Shown here one piece after another: positions 23,943 to 31,084 of a DNA stretch of 31,084 nucleotides. The stretch covers positions 1-31,084 of IMG/VR virus record IMGVR_UViG_3300006916_000210; one strand, 5' to 3'. Below the pieces are notes generated by a model that ran no database searches, was not told the origin of the DNA, and worked only from the letters and a program-made list of their open reading frames with translations. Numbering within the stretch: the first letter of the stretch is position 1; the number at the start of each line of letters is the position of its first letter. The translations under genes and the position numbers were made by a program. This DNA is from a virus (taxonomy: Duplodnaviria; Caudoviricetes).

Positions 23943-24209
23943 ATGATACCAAGTGCATTTAGAGGGGTAAACGTACCCGTATATGTAAAAAGTAAAACAC
24001 AGTTAGTAGCATGGGCGTTAGAAGAATTTCAAACTTCTGACCCTATAACTAACTGGGAGTTTGTAAGAGAATTATATTGCCATAGATTTGGTGGGATAAT
24101 CTTTAACCTACGTCAAGAAGGTTATGAAATTACAACAATTAAAACAAACACAAAAGGTTTAGTCAGTTATCGCTGCACTAAAGTACCTTCAAGAACTACC
24201 ATTAGCTAA
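23943..24209 (+). CDS. Winged helix-turn-helix protein (HTH_39-like)
   Basis: PITNWEF...RFGGIIFNLRQEGYEITT. Confidence 0.72.
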   Translation: MIPSAFRGVNVPVYVKSKTQLVAWALEEFQTSDPITNWEFVRELYCHRFGGIIFNLRQEGYEITTIKTNTKGLVSYRCTKVPSRTTIS

Positions 24210-24643
24210 TGTTAGAGATAATAGTCGGGTGTTTGTTTCCAATGTTTCTAACACCTGACTTATTATCAGAGTACATAGAATGCAGAGAAGTAAAAGAACA
24301 AGTAGTTTATGTAGCACAATGGCACAGTTTAATTTCTACATACTTTGAACCAGAAGATGTAATACAAGCAATGACTATTGTTTATTGCGAAAGCAGAGGA
24401 AAAGAAACAGCAGTAGGTCGTAATACAAATGGGACAGATGACGTAGGCCTTTGGCAATTTAATGACAAAACTTGGGCTTGGTTAAAACCTAAGCTTGATA
24501 TAATAAGTAATAGAAAGAACCCTATAATATCGACAAAAGTAGCAGCTTGGTTAGTGTACAACGATGGTTGGCATCATTGGAATAGTAGCAAGCACTGTTG
24601 GAAAGGACACGATAATGTATTATTATCAATCAACACACAATGA
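24209..24643 (+). CDS. Lysozyme-like / lytic transglycosylase with hydrophobic N-terminus
   Basis: CESRG catalytic Glu, N.NGT.D.GLWQFN, NP...AAWL...GW.HW. Confidence 0.82.
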   Translation: MLEIIVGCLFPMFLTPDLLSEYIECREVKEQVVYVAQWHSLISTYFEPEDVIQAMTIVYCESRGKETAVGRNTNGTDDVGLWQFNDKTWAWLKPKLDIISNRKNPIISTKVAAWLVYNDGWHHWNSSKHCWKGHDNVLLSINTQ

Positions 24644-24795
24644 AAACACAAATTGAAGATATATACAATATGGTATGTATTGTATGTAACATTACATGTT
24701 ATCTAACAATCTATCCAGACAATAAAGTTTGTGATTCTTGTGCAGAGTTTATCTTAAATGATATAGAGGAGCAGAAAAAATATGAACAAAAATAA
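24640..24795 (+). CDS. Small Zn-finger protein (51 aa), not in the ORF track
   Basis: CIVC...CDSC; ATGA overlap with the upstream gene. Confidence 0.65.
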   Translation: MKTQIEDIYNMVCIVCNITCYLTIYPDNKVCDSCAEFILNDIEEQKKYEQK

Positions 24796-24988
24796 AACAT
24801 TAAGCATTGTTAATACAAATATATTTACAAACCCACAATATATGAAGACATGGGGTAAACAATTTGTAGAAGCATGCGGTAGTACAGAAATGAACATTCC
24901 ACCTGATATGGGTAAGTTACGTTGGCTTATGGAAAAGTTTGTTAAAGATTACAACGTACAATTAGGAGAGTTAGGAGAGGAAGAATGA
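24782..24988 (+). CDS. Hypothetical protein (68 aa)
   Basis: GAGGAG RBS; coupled. Confidence 0.7.
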   Translation: MNKNKTLSIVNTNIFTNPQYMKTWGKQFVEACGSTEMNIPPDMGKLRWLMEKFVKDYNVQLGELGEEE

Positions 24989-25155
24989 GTGATATATCAG
25001 TATCAGAAGCAGATGGTGTAGTTCTTATTAACGAATTAGAAAAACGTTTTGGATTTATGCCAATAATAGTTAAGAATGAACAAGGCAAAGAAGAAGTCAA
25101 GTGTTTAGTACCTAAGTTTACTGTAACAATTGACCCTATAAATGAGGAGGAATAA
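24985..25155 (+). CDS. Hypothetical protein (56 aa), not in the ORF track
   Basis: MSDISVSEADG...PINEEE; GGAGAGG RBS; overlaps at both ends. Confidence 0.7.
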   Translation: MSDISVSEADGVVLINELEKRFGFMPIIVKNEQGKEEVKCLVPKFTVTIDPINEEE

Positions 25156-25721
25156 TGACTATGAATACTCGTTTTGCTAAATCAAAAGAAATAAACGTTA
25201 GTACGCCATTAGAAGACAAACAAAATTGGCACGCTAAGTTAGACACTTGGAAAAATAATGCTAATAATAAAAATGTTTTTGGTGGTAGAAGATTCTTAGG
25301 TGTTAATAAAAATGGTAATGAAGTATGGATTTCTTATGAACTTAGAAAAGATACTAAGGAATTAACTATATCAAGTACGCATAACTTAAGTTCATTAGAA
25401 AACAAAGGAGCTAAGCTTGCACCTAGACGTGTAACTGTTGGTCTTAATAAAGATGCACCTAAAGATTTAATGCGACCTGTTACACAAAAAGATATGGGTG
25501 AAATTACACCTAATACGTTGCGCTATATAAATAAATTGAGAGATATGGCAGACATGGGAATAGGTAAAGTAAATGGTAAATGTTCATCTCAATTGTTTAT
25601 GTTAGTATCTAATACTATTTATGAAGGTGATACTGATATAGATAAAGGTGACTGTAGATGGAACGACATAATAGAAACATGGGACTTGCCACCTGGAAAG
25701 TACCTAACAGTATATGGATAA
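25155..25721 (+). CDS. Hypothetical basic protein (188 aa)
   Basis: GAGGAGG RBS; no motif recognised. Confidence 0.7.
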   Translation: MTMNTRFAKSKEINVSTPLEDKQNWHAKLDTWKNNANNKNVFGGRRFLGVNKNGNEVWISYELRKDTKELTISSTHNLSSLENKGAKLAPRRVTVGLNKDAPKDLMRPVTQKDMGEITPNTLRYINKLRDMADMGIGKVNGKCSSQLFMLVSNTIYEGDTDIDKGDCRWNDIIETWDLPPGKYLTVYG

Positions 25722-26031
25722 AGAAGATAAATATAGACCTTTACCATCACACATGACAATACAACCTAGCAAAATAGAAGGTCTAGGTTTGTTTACACTT
25801 AAAGCAATAAAAGATTTAGAGACTTCTTTAGGTGTAACACATGTATGGTACGAAGAAGTAGGCAGTGTGTTTCGTACACCTTTAGGAGGTTTTATTAATC
25901 ATAGTGAAACACCTAACTGTGAAATTAAAAGATTCGATGGCACAATAGTTAGTCATTTGTTTCCTATTAAACCTATAAAAGCAGGGGAAGAAATCACATT
26001 AAAATATACTATGTACTCTGTTGATGAGTGA
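25714..26031 (+). CDS. SET-domain protein (putative lysine methyltransferase)
   Basis: SKIEGLGLF, FINHSETPNC and IKAGEEITLKY match the SET motifs. Confidence 0.88.
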   Translation: MDKEDKYRPLPSHMTIQPSKIEGLGLFTLKAIKDLETSLGVTHVWYEEVGSVFRTPLGGFINHSETPNCEIKRFDGTIVSHLFPIKPIKAGEEITLKYTMYSVDE

Positions 26032-26299
26032 TATTGCACAGATAAGAGAACAGGCCTTTATACGGGCTGGAAACGTCTGTGAGTGGGCAAATTGTGACAG
26101 TGGTAAATGGTTAGAGCTAGCACACCTTAAAGATATAGGTATGGGTGGCAACAAAGCACGCAAATACAATGTAGATAATACAGCTGTACTATGTAAATGG
26201 CATCATGATATATACGATGGTCGTCAGTCTATGGGTACAAAAGTAGCGTATAGAGAACTGTTAGAAGGTTATTTAGATAGACACTCAGGTGTTAGCTAG
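26024..26299 (+). CDS. HNH endonuclease
   Basis: CEWANC...ELAH...GMGG...NTAVLCKWHH. Confidence 0.8.
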   Translation: MSDIAQIREQAFIRAGNVCEWANCDSGKWLELAHLKDIGMGGNKARKYNVDNTAVLCKWHHDIYDGRQSMGTKVAYRELLEGYLDRHSGVS

Positions 26300-26537
26300 A
26301 GTATTTGTGCGCTCTATATCCTTGTTGAAAAGATTTTTTTTCTGCAGCTTTAGATTTAAAACTGTAATGATTAGCTAATGATGTATTACCTAATTGAAAT
26401 TGTGTAGAAGCTTTATCTTTGTACATTGTAGCTCTTGCAGCTGATACATTAGATTTACTTTGTTCTTGATTAGCACGCATAAGTTTTTCACGTTCACCCA
26501 TGCCTTTCATATTAGGATTAGTTACAGTAAGTTTCAT
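26292..26537 (-). CDS. Hypothetical basic protein (81 aa)
   Basis: Coupled ORF; its 3' end overlaps the convergent HNH gene. Confidence 0.6.
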   Translation of the reverse strand: MKLTVTNPNMKGMGEREKLMRANQEQSKSNVSAARATMYKDKASTQFQLGNTSLANHYSFKSKAAEKKSFQQGYRAHKYSS

Positions 26538-27025
26538 TAGTAATCTACACCATACTTGCCAGGTTTTTTAACAGATAAATCTATATAACTTTTACCTGCT
26601 TTTCCTTTATGAAATGAAGGATTATCTAATGCACGTTTAGTACCTTTATAAACACCTTCAGCTACAGTTAATGCAACACCAGCTATATTTATACCTTTAG
26701 ATATTTTTGCAGCTTTAGCTAAGTTTTGTTGATGCATTAGCATTCTTGCTCCAGTAGAAGTTTCCATATGATTAGATAGTATTTTGTAAGTTGTTCTACC
26801 TATTGAACCACCAACTCTGTTTTGTTGTGTACCAGTAGGTTTTCCATAGACTGGAAAATGACGAGGTCGCATACCTTGACCTATTCTAGCAGTACTTTTT
26901 ATAATAGGTTTATTTAATCCTTTTGTATTACCTACAGGTTTACCTTTCGGGTTACTTGTAGGTGTACTTGGTTTAGGAGACCATCTACTTCTATTTTTAG
27001 TATTGTAAACATCTGACTTAGCCAT
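26537..27025 (-). CDS. Lys-rich protein with C-terminal Gly/Ala hydrophobic helix
   Basis: KGINIAGVALTVAEGVY; coupled. Confidence 0.65.
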   Translation of the reverse strand: MAKSDVYNTKNRSRWSPKPSTPTSNPKGKPVGNTKGLNKPIIKSTARIGQGMRPRHFPVYGKPTGTQQNRVGGSIGRTTYKILSNHMETSTGARMLMHQQNLAKAAKISKGINIAGVALTVAEGVYKGTKRALDNPSFHKGKAGKSYIDLSVKKPGKYGVDY

Positions 27026-27213
27026 TATTTACCTAATTTTTTTTTGGCAAATTCTTTTACAACAACTAGAGCAGCTGATGCACCAGATAGTGCAGCTAAC
27101 TGTAATGCGTTAGCATCTACGCCTACTAGAGGAGCAACTGCTAAAGCACCTATAAATGCTTCTACAAAAGTCCAGCCAGTTTTTTCTAATATTGATTTGT
27201 ATTCTTCACTCAT
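27025..27213 (-). CDS. Holin (r1t-like)
   Basis: LEKTGWTFVEAF motif, two TM segments, basic C-terminus. Confidence 0.78.
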   Translation of the reverse strand: MSEEYKSILEKTGWTFVEAFIGALAVAPLVGVDANALQLAALSGASAALVVVKEFAKKKLGK

Positions 27214-27927
27214 TTAATATCCCTTGTATATATTATTACTTGATACTGTACCGTATATGTTAGCATCTTTTTTCTTTTTTTTCGGTTGTGACATAGCCCA
27301 TTTGCCTACATCATAAACATCTTTAGCTATCATTGCAGTACCTATACCAGGTATTAATCTTGATGCACCTTTAGCTGCAACTTTAACTATAGTTTTAGCA
27401 GTTTTTTGTGCAGTTTTATTTTTTAATTTATATTCTGAATATTCTTTAACACTCATATTTACACTATCTGCTGTAAAAGATGCAATAGATTTTTTTTCAA
27501 CTGCTTTTATAGCTTTAGTGTTTAAACCGTATTTAGTTGTATATTTAGAAGGGTCTGTTTTAAATTTAACTTTATTAGGTTTTACTTCTCCAGCTATAGT
27601 ATTTATAGATTTATTATTTTCAAATTTTCTTAAATTAGGTCCAGTAGCTTTACTTAAAAAAGTACCTTGACTACCAGGTTTTGGAGTATGCATTCCTTTA
27701 AAAGCACCATCTGATTTTTTTAATAACTTTCTTGGAGTAGGTGGCCCACTTAATTGTGTTGTAATTACATTGCTTGCTTTACGTCTTGCATATTCTGCAC
27801 CATATTTTTTAGCCCATGCTTTTTGACCAGCTTCTTGTCTAGCTTTTTTAGCAACTGCACGTCTTTTAGCTTCAGGACTATCTATGTAATCTTCTACTAA
27901 CCTGTAATCAGGTAATCTGTTAACCAT
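27214..27927 (-). CDS. Lys-rich protein with C-terminal Gly/Ala hydrophobic helix
   Basis: KGASRLIPGIGTAMIAKDVY; lies between the candidate endolysin and the holin. Confidence 0.65.
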   Translation of the reverse strand: MVNRLPDYRLVEDYIDSPEAKRRAVAKKARQEAGQKAWAKKYGAEYARRKASNVITTQLSGPPTPRKLLKKSDGAFKGMHTPKPGSQGTFLSKATGPNLRKFENNKSINTIAGEVKPNKVKFKTDPSKYTTKYGLNTKAIKAVEKKSIASFTADSVNMSVKEYSEYKLKNKTAQKTAKTIVKVAAKGASRLIPGIGTAMIAKDVYDVGKWAMSQPKKKKKDANIYGTVSSNNIYKGY

Positions 27928-28526
27928 TAATCAATCTTTCTGCCATCAAGTTTAGCAGAAACAACCTGCAGTTCGCCACTTATCTCTTGTAATTTATCCA
28001 TTATACCTTGTGGTTGTATCATGTTAGGAGCTGTTTCGTTACTTAGTTCTATATCTCCATCATAATTTATGTATGTAACTTCTACATCTTGTCCTGATAC
28101 TATAGCTTCAGCTACACGAGGGTATACAAGTTTATATGCATCTCTACTTGACCCAATAAACCCATCTTTTTTTACTAAATTACTTTCTTGTGAATTTCCT
28201 AATAGCAAACAACCAGCTGTATTCTCATCTGTATTACCTGAATGCCATAAAATCCACTTAAAATTAGGTACATCTTGTACCCATATCATACCGTGATGCC
28301 AATCTGCACCGTATCTAGCTAGGTATTTGTTATGAAATCCACCTTCTTCACGTAGTTTAAGCTTGTATGTACCTGCAGGAATACGTGTTTCACCATATAC
28401 TTTAACGTCACGTTGTTCATCTTCTAAGGTATAACAAAGAAATGTTTTTTTTCCATTACTCGCATCAAGTAATATGCCTGATGTCGAATCTTTTCCTGAA
28501 CTAAATCTTAATACTTCTAATTTCAT
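27927..28526 (-). CDS. DUF5675-family protein, candidate endolysin (L,D-peptidase-like)
   Basis: CYTLED, ETRIPAGTY, DVPNF..IL.HSGNT...TAGCLLLG. Confidence 0.8.
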   Translation of the reverse strand: MKLEVLRFSSGKDSTSGILLDASNGKKTFLCYTLEDEQRDVKVYGETRIPAGTYKLKLREEGGFHNKYLARYGADWHHGMIWVQDVPNFKWILWHSGNTDENTAGCLLLGNSQESNLVKKDGFIGSSRDAYKLVYPRVAEAIVSGQDVEVTYINYDGDIELSNETAPNMIQPQGIMDKLQEISGELQVVSAKLDGRKID

Positions 28527-28648
28527 TATTTTTTAATCTTTTTAATCTTACCATTTTCTGTACGGGCAAACTTATGTGTTTTAGTTTCTCTAATAAGAGT
28601 ACCGTAATAACGTTTACCACCCCACATCCAACTAACTTTTTTAGACAT
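28526..28648 (-). CDS. Small basic protein (40 aa), not in the ORF track
   Basis: MSKKVSWMWGGKRYYGTLIRETKTHKFART...; overlaps both neighbours. Confidence 0.7.
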   Translation of the reverse strand: MSKKVSWMWGGKRYYGTLIRETKTHKFARTENGKIKKIKK

Positions 28649-28823
28649 TAACTATTCCTTTGTATTTTTTACACCAAGCAAACTCTTGTACTACTGCATT
28701 CCATACTGTGCAGTTACCTGAAGGTTGATAAGCATAGCAGTTACTACATTGTTGTTTACCTTTAGGATATAACTGATATGCAGCAGGTAAGTTGTTTATA
28801 TCTTCGTTTTTATTAATTACCAT
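28641..28823 (-). CDS. HiPIP-like four-Cys protein
   Basis: YQ..PKGKQQCSNC..Y....C......V....WC..Y. Confidence 0.7.
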   Translation of the reverse strand: MVINKNEDINNLPAAYQLYPKGKQQCSNCYAYQPSGNCTVWNAVVQEFAWCKKYKGIVNV

Positions 28824-29107
28824 TTAACTTTATCTGCCCAATAAGCAGCTGACATTTTACCTTTTTTAATGTTTTTAGCATGACGAGCTTTAAAAGATTT
28901 TTTTCTAGCTTTATCTTTAGCTGACTTAGGATTTTTACCTGCACCAGACACACCTTGTTGACCAAATCTTATTAATTTAAGATTATGTCCTTCTTGTGCC
29001 AGAACCATATGAGATTTTGTTGCATGTCCTGGAGTACGTTTAGGTTTATTAACACCTTTAAGATTGTGTTTTTTTATTAACGAAGCTTTACGAGATGCAT
29101 GTGACAT
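28817..29107 (-). CDS. Conserved basic phage protein
   Basis: NKPKRTP.H.TKSH.V...KLIRFGQQG...KSFKARH...SAAYWADKVKW. Confidence 0.75.
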   Translation of the reverse strand: MSHASRKASLIKKHNLKGVNKPKRTPGHATKSHMVLAQEGHNLKLIRFGQQGVSGAGKNPKSAKDKARKKSFKARHAKNIKKGKMSAAYWADKVKW

Positions 29108-29110
29108 ATA

Positions 29111-29170
29111 CTAATATTTATAGGTTTTCTTAGGTTTATTCTTCTTCGCAGGTTTCTTCTTTTTTTGCAT
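29111..29170 (-). CDS. 19-aa lysine-rich peptide
   Basis: AGGAG RBS; MQKKKKPAKKNKPKKTYKY. Confidence 0.5.
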   Translation of the reverse strand: MQKKKKPAKKNKPKKTYKY

Positions 29171-29279
29171 AACTTCTCCTAACAATTTTATTGTAATCTA
29201 TACATCCTATATTACCACAATACTTAACTTTATTGCGAATAATAGTTTCTTGATTACATCGATTACATTCAGTTACCAA
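29136..29279 (-). CDS. Small Zn-ribbon protein (47 aa, TTG start)
   Basis: CNRC...YCGNIGC. Confidence 0.45.
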   Translation of the reverse strand: MVTECNRCNQETIIRNKVKYCGNIGCIDYNKIVRRSYAKKEETCEEE

Positions 29280-29281
29280 AT

Positions 29282-29764
29282 TTAATGTCCGTGGTTGTTT
29301 GCTTCCAAATATGCTAGTCTAGTTTTTAAGTCGTTAAGTTCCCACATACTATTGTTAACACTTTGTATTTGTGTTTCTACTCTAGTTAACGAATCATTAA
29401 GGTCTTGATACTCCCATTTTTCTAGTAAATAATATCTATCTAAATCAAAACCACCATCTCTAACCTGTTGCTCTAAGTTAAACAAGTTAGCTTGTAAGGT
29501 AGCCATTTCTTCATTAAACCTACCGACATTCTGTGCGGCCATCTCTAATGATTGTATCTTTTCATATAGTACAGCTATATCATTCTGTACATATGTAGAT
29601 TCTTTAAGAGTTATAAATTCATACTCAATGTTATTCATTCTGTCATCAATTCCTGTAAGAGTAATAAGTACAGCATTAAGAGATTGTATACCAGCACCAA
29701 CAGAACTCATCAGAGCTATACCAGTTACTATTAAACCTAAGTTATCTTTTATTTTTTTTAACAC
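29282..29764 (-). CDS. Membrane-anchored coiled-coil protein
   Basis: N-terminal TM segment followed by heptad repeats. Confidence 0.7.
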   Translation of the reverse strand: MLKKIKDNLGLIVTGIALMSSVGAGIQSLNAVLITLTGIDDRMNNIEYEFITLKESTYVQNDIAVLYEKIQSLEMAAQNVGRFNEEMATLQANLFNLEQQVRDGGFDLDRYYLLEKWEYQDLNDSLTRVETQIQSVNNSMWELNDLKTRLAYLEANNHGH

Positions 29765-29794
29765 TAAGCCACATTACTATTAGAAATTCAATCA

Positions 29795-30007
29795 TTATCC
29801 ACCAATTTTCCAGATAATTTCTGTTATTTCCGAATCAATACCTTGTATAATGTTTAATACATCACTAACTTTTTGGTTTGCATTTATTATTTCTACTTGC
29901 AACGCTGTAACTTGTTGTTGCAAATCGTTAACTGTTTTAAATAACCAACCTACAAGTGCAGCTAAACCACCTTGTAATACCTGGTTAAGATTTATTTTTG
30001 CTTCCAT
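29795..30007 (-). CDS. Small TM plus coiled-coil protein
   Basis: LQGGLAALVGWLF followed by heptads. Confidence 0.65.
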   Translation of the reverse strand: MEAKINLNQVLQGGLAALVGWLFKTVNDLQQQVTALQVEIINANQKVSDVLNIIQGIDSEITEIIWKIGG

Positions 30008-30180
30008 TACATTGTTAAGCTACCAACAATTAATATAACTGTGGCAACTAATCCTAATACTTTATAAAATTCTGCTTTGTCCAATTTGTTATCTAGTTTT
30101 TCTTCTAGTCTATCTAATCTTTCTATGACCAATTTTAATAATTCCTTTTGTGTGAAACCGTTACCATTTGAATTTGTCAT
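30007..30180 (-). CDS. Small coiled-coil plus C-terminal TM protein (57 aa), not in the ORF track
   Basis: IERLDRLEEKLDNKLDK...VLGLVATVILIVGSL; TAATG overlaps. Confidence 0.7.
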   Translation of the reverse strand: MTNSNGNGFTQKELLKLVIERLDRLEEKLDNKLDKAEFYKVLGLVATVILIVGSLTM

Positions 30181-30323
30181 TATGGTAGGTCATCTCTAGA
30201 CAAAAAATCCCATTCTTTATCATAAGATATACGATTGTCCCAATCATATTTACTTATTCTTTTAATAAATCCAAGAGCTTCTTTTAAAAAATAACCTAAA
30301 AGAAAACCTATTAAATAATCCAT
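30180..30323 (-). CDS. Small membrane protein (47 aa), probably leaderless; not in the ORF track
   Basis: MDYLIGFLLGYFLKEA...RDDLP. Confidence 0.65.
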   Translation of the reverse strand: MDYLIGFLLGYFLKEALGFIKRISKYDWDNRISYDKEWDFLSRDDLP

Positions 30324-30339
30324 AAATTGGATTATAACA
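30323..30339 (-). promoter_or_regulatory. Extended -10 promoter for a leaderless transcript of the membrane/lysis operon
   Basis: TGtTATAAT (30339-30331), then 7 nt to ATG. Confidence 0.65.
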
Positions 30340-30376
30340 TATTATTTATGCAGGTTTAGGATTATCTGATTTAACT

Positions 30377-30946
30377 TTATATATCAGCCATTTTAATAAA
30401 AGAAAAGACTGTTCTTGCTTCTGTTGTTGAACCAAATAACTGTGCTCCAGTTGTAAAATCTGCTTTGAATTTTATTTTATCATTTGATGTATCAGATACT
30501 TTAATCATTAAATCTTGACTGTGTGTTTTAGTTTCAGCAGTTCCAGATTGGTCGTTATACATTCTTATTAATCCTACTGTATCTTCTGATGAGAAGTTGT
30601 CATTTGTAGTTACTAAATCAAAATCAAATCTACCACCACTACCACCAACATTAAATAAAACACACATTTTGATTTGCCAATAACCTGTAGAAGGAAATGT
30701 CCATAAACCAGAAGATAGTGTCATACCTGTTCCTAATTTAGTTTGCAATGTTCCAGTCGGTCTAGATAAATTATTTTGTACTGGGTCTGCATCAGTATTT
30801 AAAGTGTTTGTTAAAGTCCATTCATCATATTCAGTAACTCCACTTGCAATAGAAGGTATTGCACCATCTTTAATTAGTAAGCCATCTACAGTTACACCAG
30901 AACCAGAGGTTCTTTCGCCTATAACATTAACATTTAATGTACTCAT
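30377..30946 (-). CDS. Tail fibre / receptor-binding-type beta-sandwich protein
   Basis: MSTLNVNVI N-terminus; GTGMTLSSGLWTFPSTGYWQI motif. Confidence 0.65.
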   Translation of the reverse strand: MSTLNVNVIGERTSGSGVTVDGLLIKDGAIPSIASGVTEYDEWTLTNTLNTDADPVQNNLSRPTGTLQTKLGTGMTLSSGLWTFPSTGYWQIKMCVLFNVGGSGGRFDFDLVTTNDNFSSEDTVGLIRMYNDQSGTAETKTHSQDLMIKVSDTSNDKIKFKADFTTGAQLFGSTTEARTVFSFIKMADI

Positions 30947-31083
30947 TTTGGATTATTGTCCTTTACTTCTTTTAATGCTGTAAAAAATTCACCTGTGTTA
31001 TCTAGTGTACCATTGTTTATATCGTGCCATAGCTTATCAAATTGTTCTCCAAGCTGTGGGTAAACTCTATCTCTTTGATATTG
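30943..31083 (-). CDS. C-terminus of a tail-fibre-associated small protein (partial)
   Basis: YQRDRVYPQLGEQFDKLWHDI...FFTALKEVKDNNPK; ATGA overlap. Confidence 0.7.
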   Translation of the reverse strand, partial: QYQRDRVYPQLGEQFDKLWHDINNGTLDNTGEFFTALKEVKDNNPK

Positions 31084-31084
31084 G

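Noticed and set aside
1-31084. Stop-codon reassignment, diversity-generating retroelement or self-splicing introns
   Set aside because: Genes tile densely under the standard code using all three stops; no reverse transcriptase, template/variable repeat pair or split gene was seen.

Overview
Low-GC (about one third G+C by eye) tailed dsDNA phage genome segment, probably podovirus-like. The host is inferred to be an actinobacterium (r1t-type holin, the 'VSGPGALSxRTDG' protein after the portal, leaderless promoters). There are three blocks. (1) 1-15.5 kb, minus strand: large terminase with a fused Zn-finger/HTH, portal, five large probable internal virion proteins, and a pseudoknotted leader before a probable scaffold gene. 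(2) 16.3-26.3 kb, plus strand, early/middle genes: small Zn-finger and acidic proteins, an AAA+ ATPase with an HExxH-VWA partner, HTH plus metallophosphoesterase, Sak/Rad52 plus an SSB-like protein, a lysozyme-like protein, SET and HNH. (3) 26.3-31 kb, minus strand: holin, DUF5675 candidate endolysin, HiPIP-like protein, small membrane proteins and tail-associated genes. The most unusual content is non-coding. A ~700-nt highly base-paired region precedes the early genes, long hairpins lie before or over the GAAAGG ribosome-binding sites, and two similarly built structured RNAs bracket the AAA+/VWA operon, one with a loop exactly complementary to the phage's own GAAAGGAA sites. G-U pairs in these structures mostly favour the transcribed strand. 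The first early gene ends in a beta-clamp motif (QLSLF), and no polymerase, primase or helicase is recognisable. All calls come from motif reading and manual base-pairing; no searches or folding programs were run.
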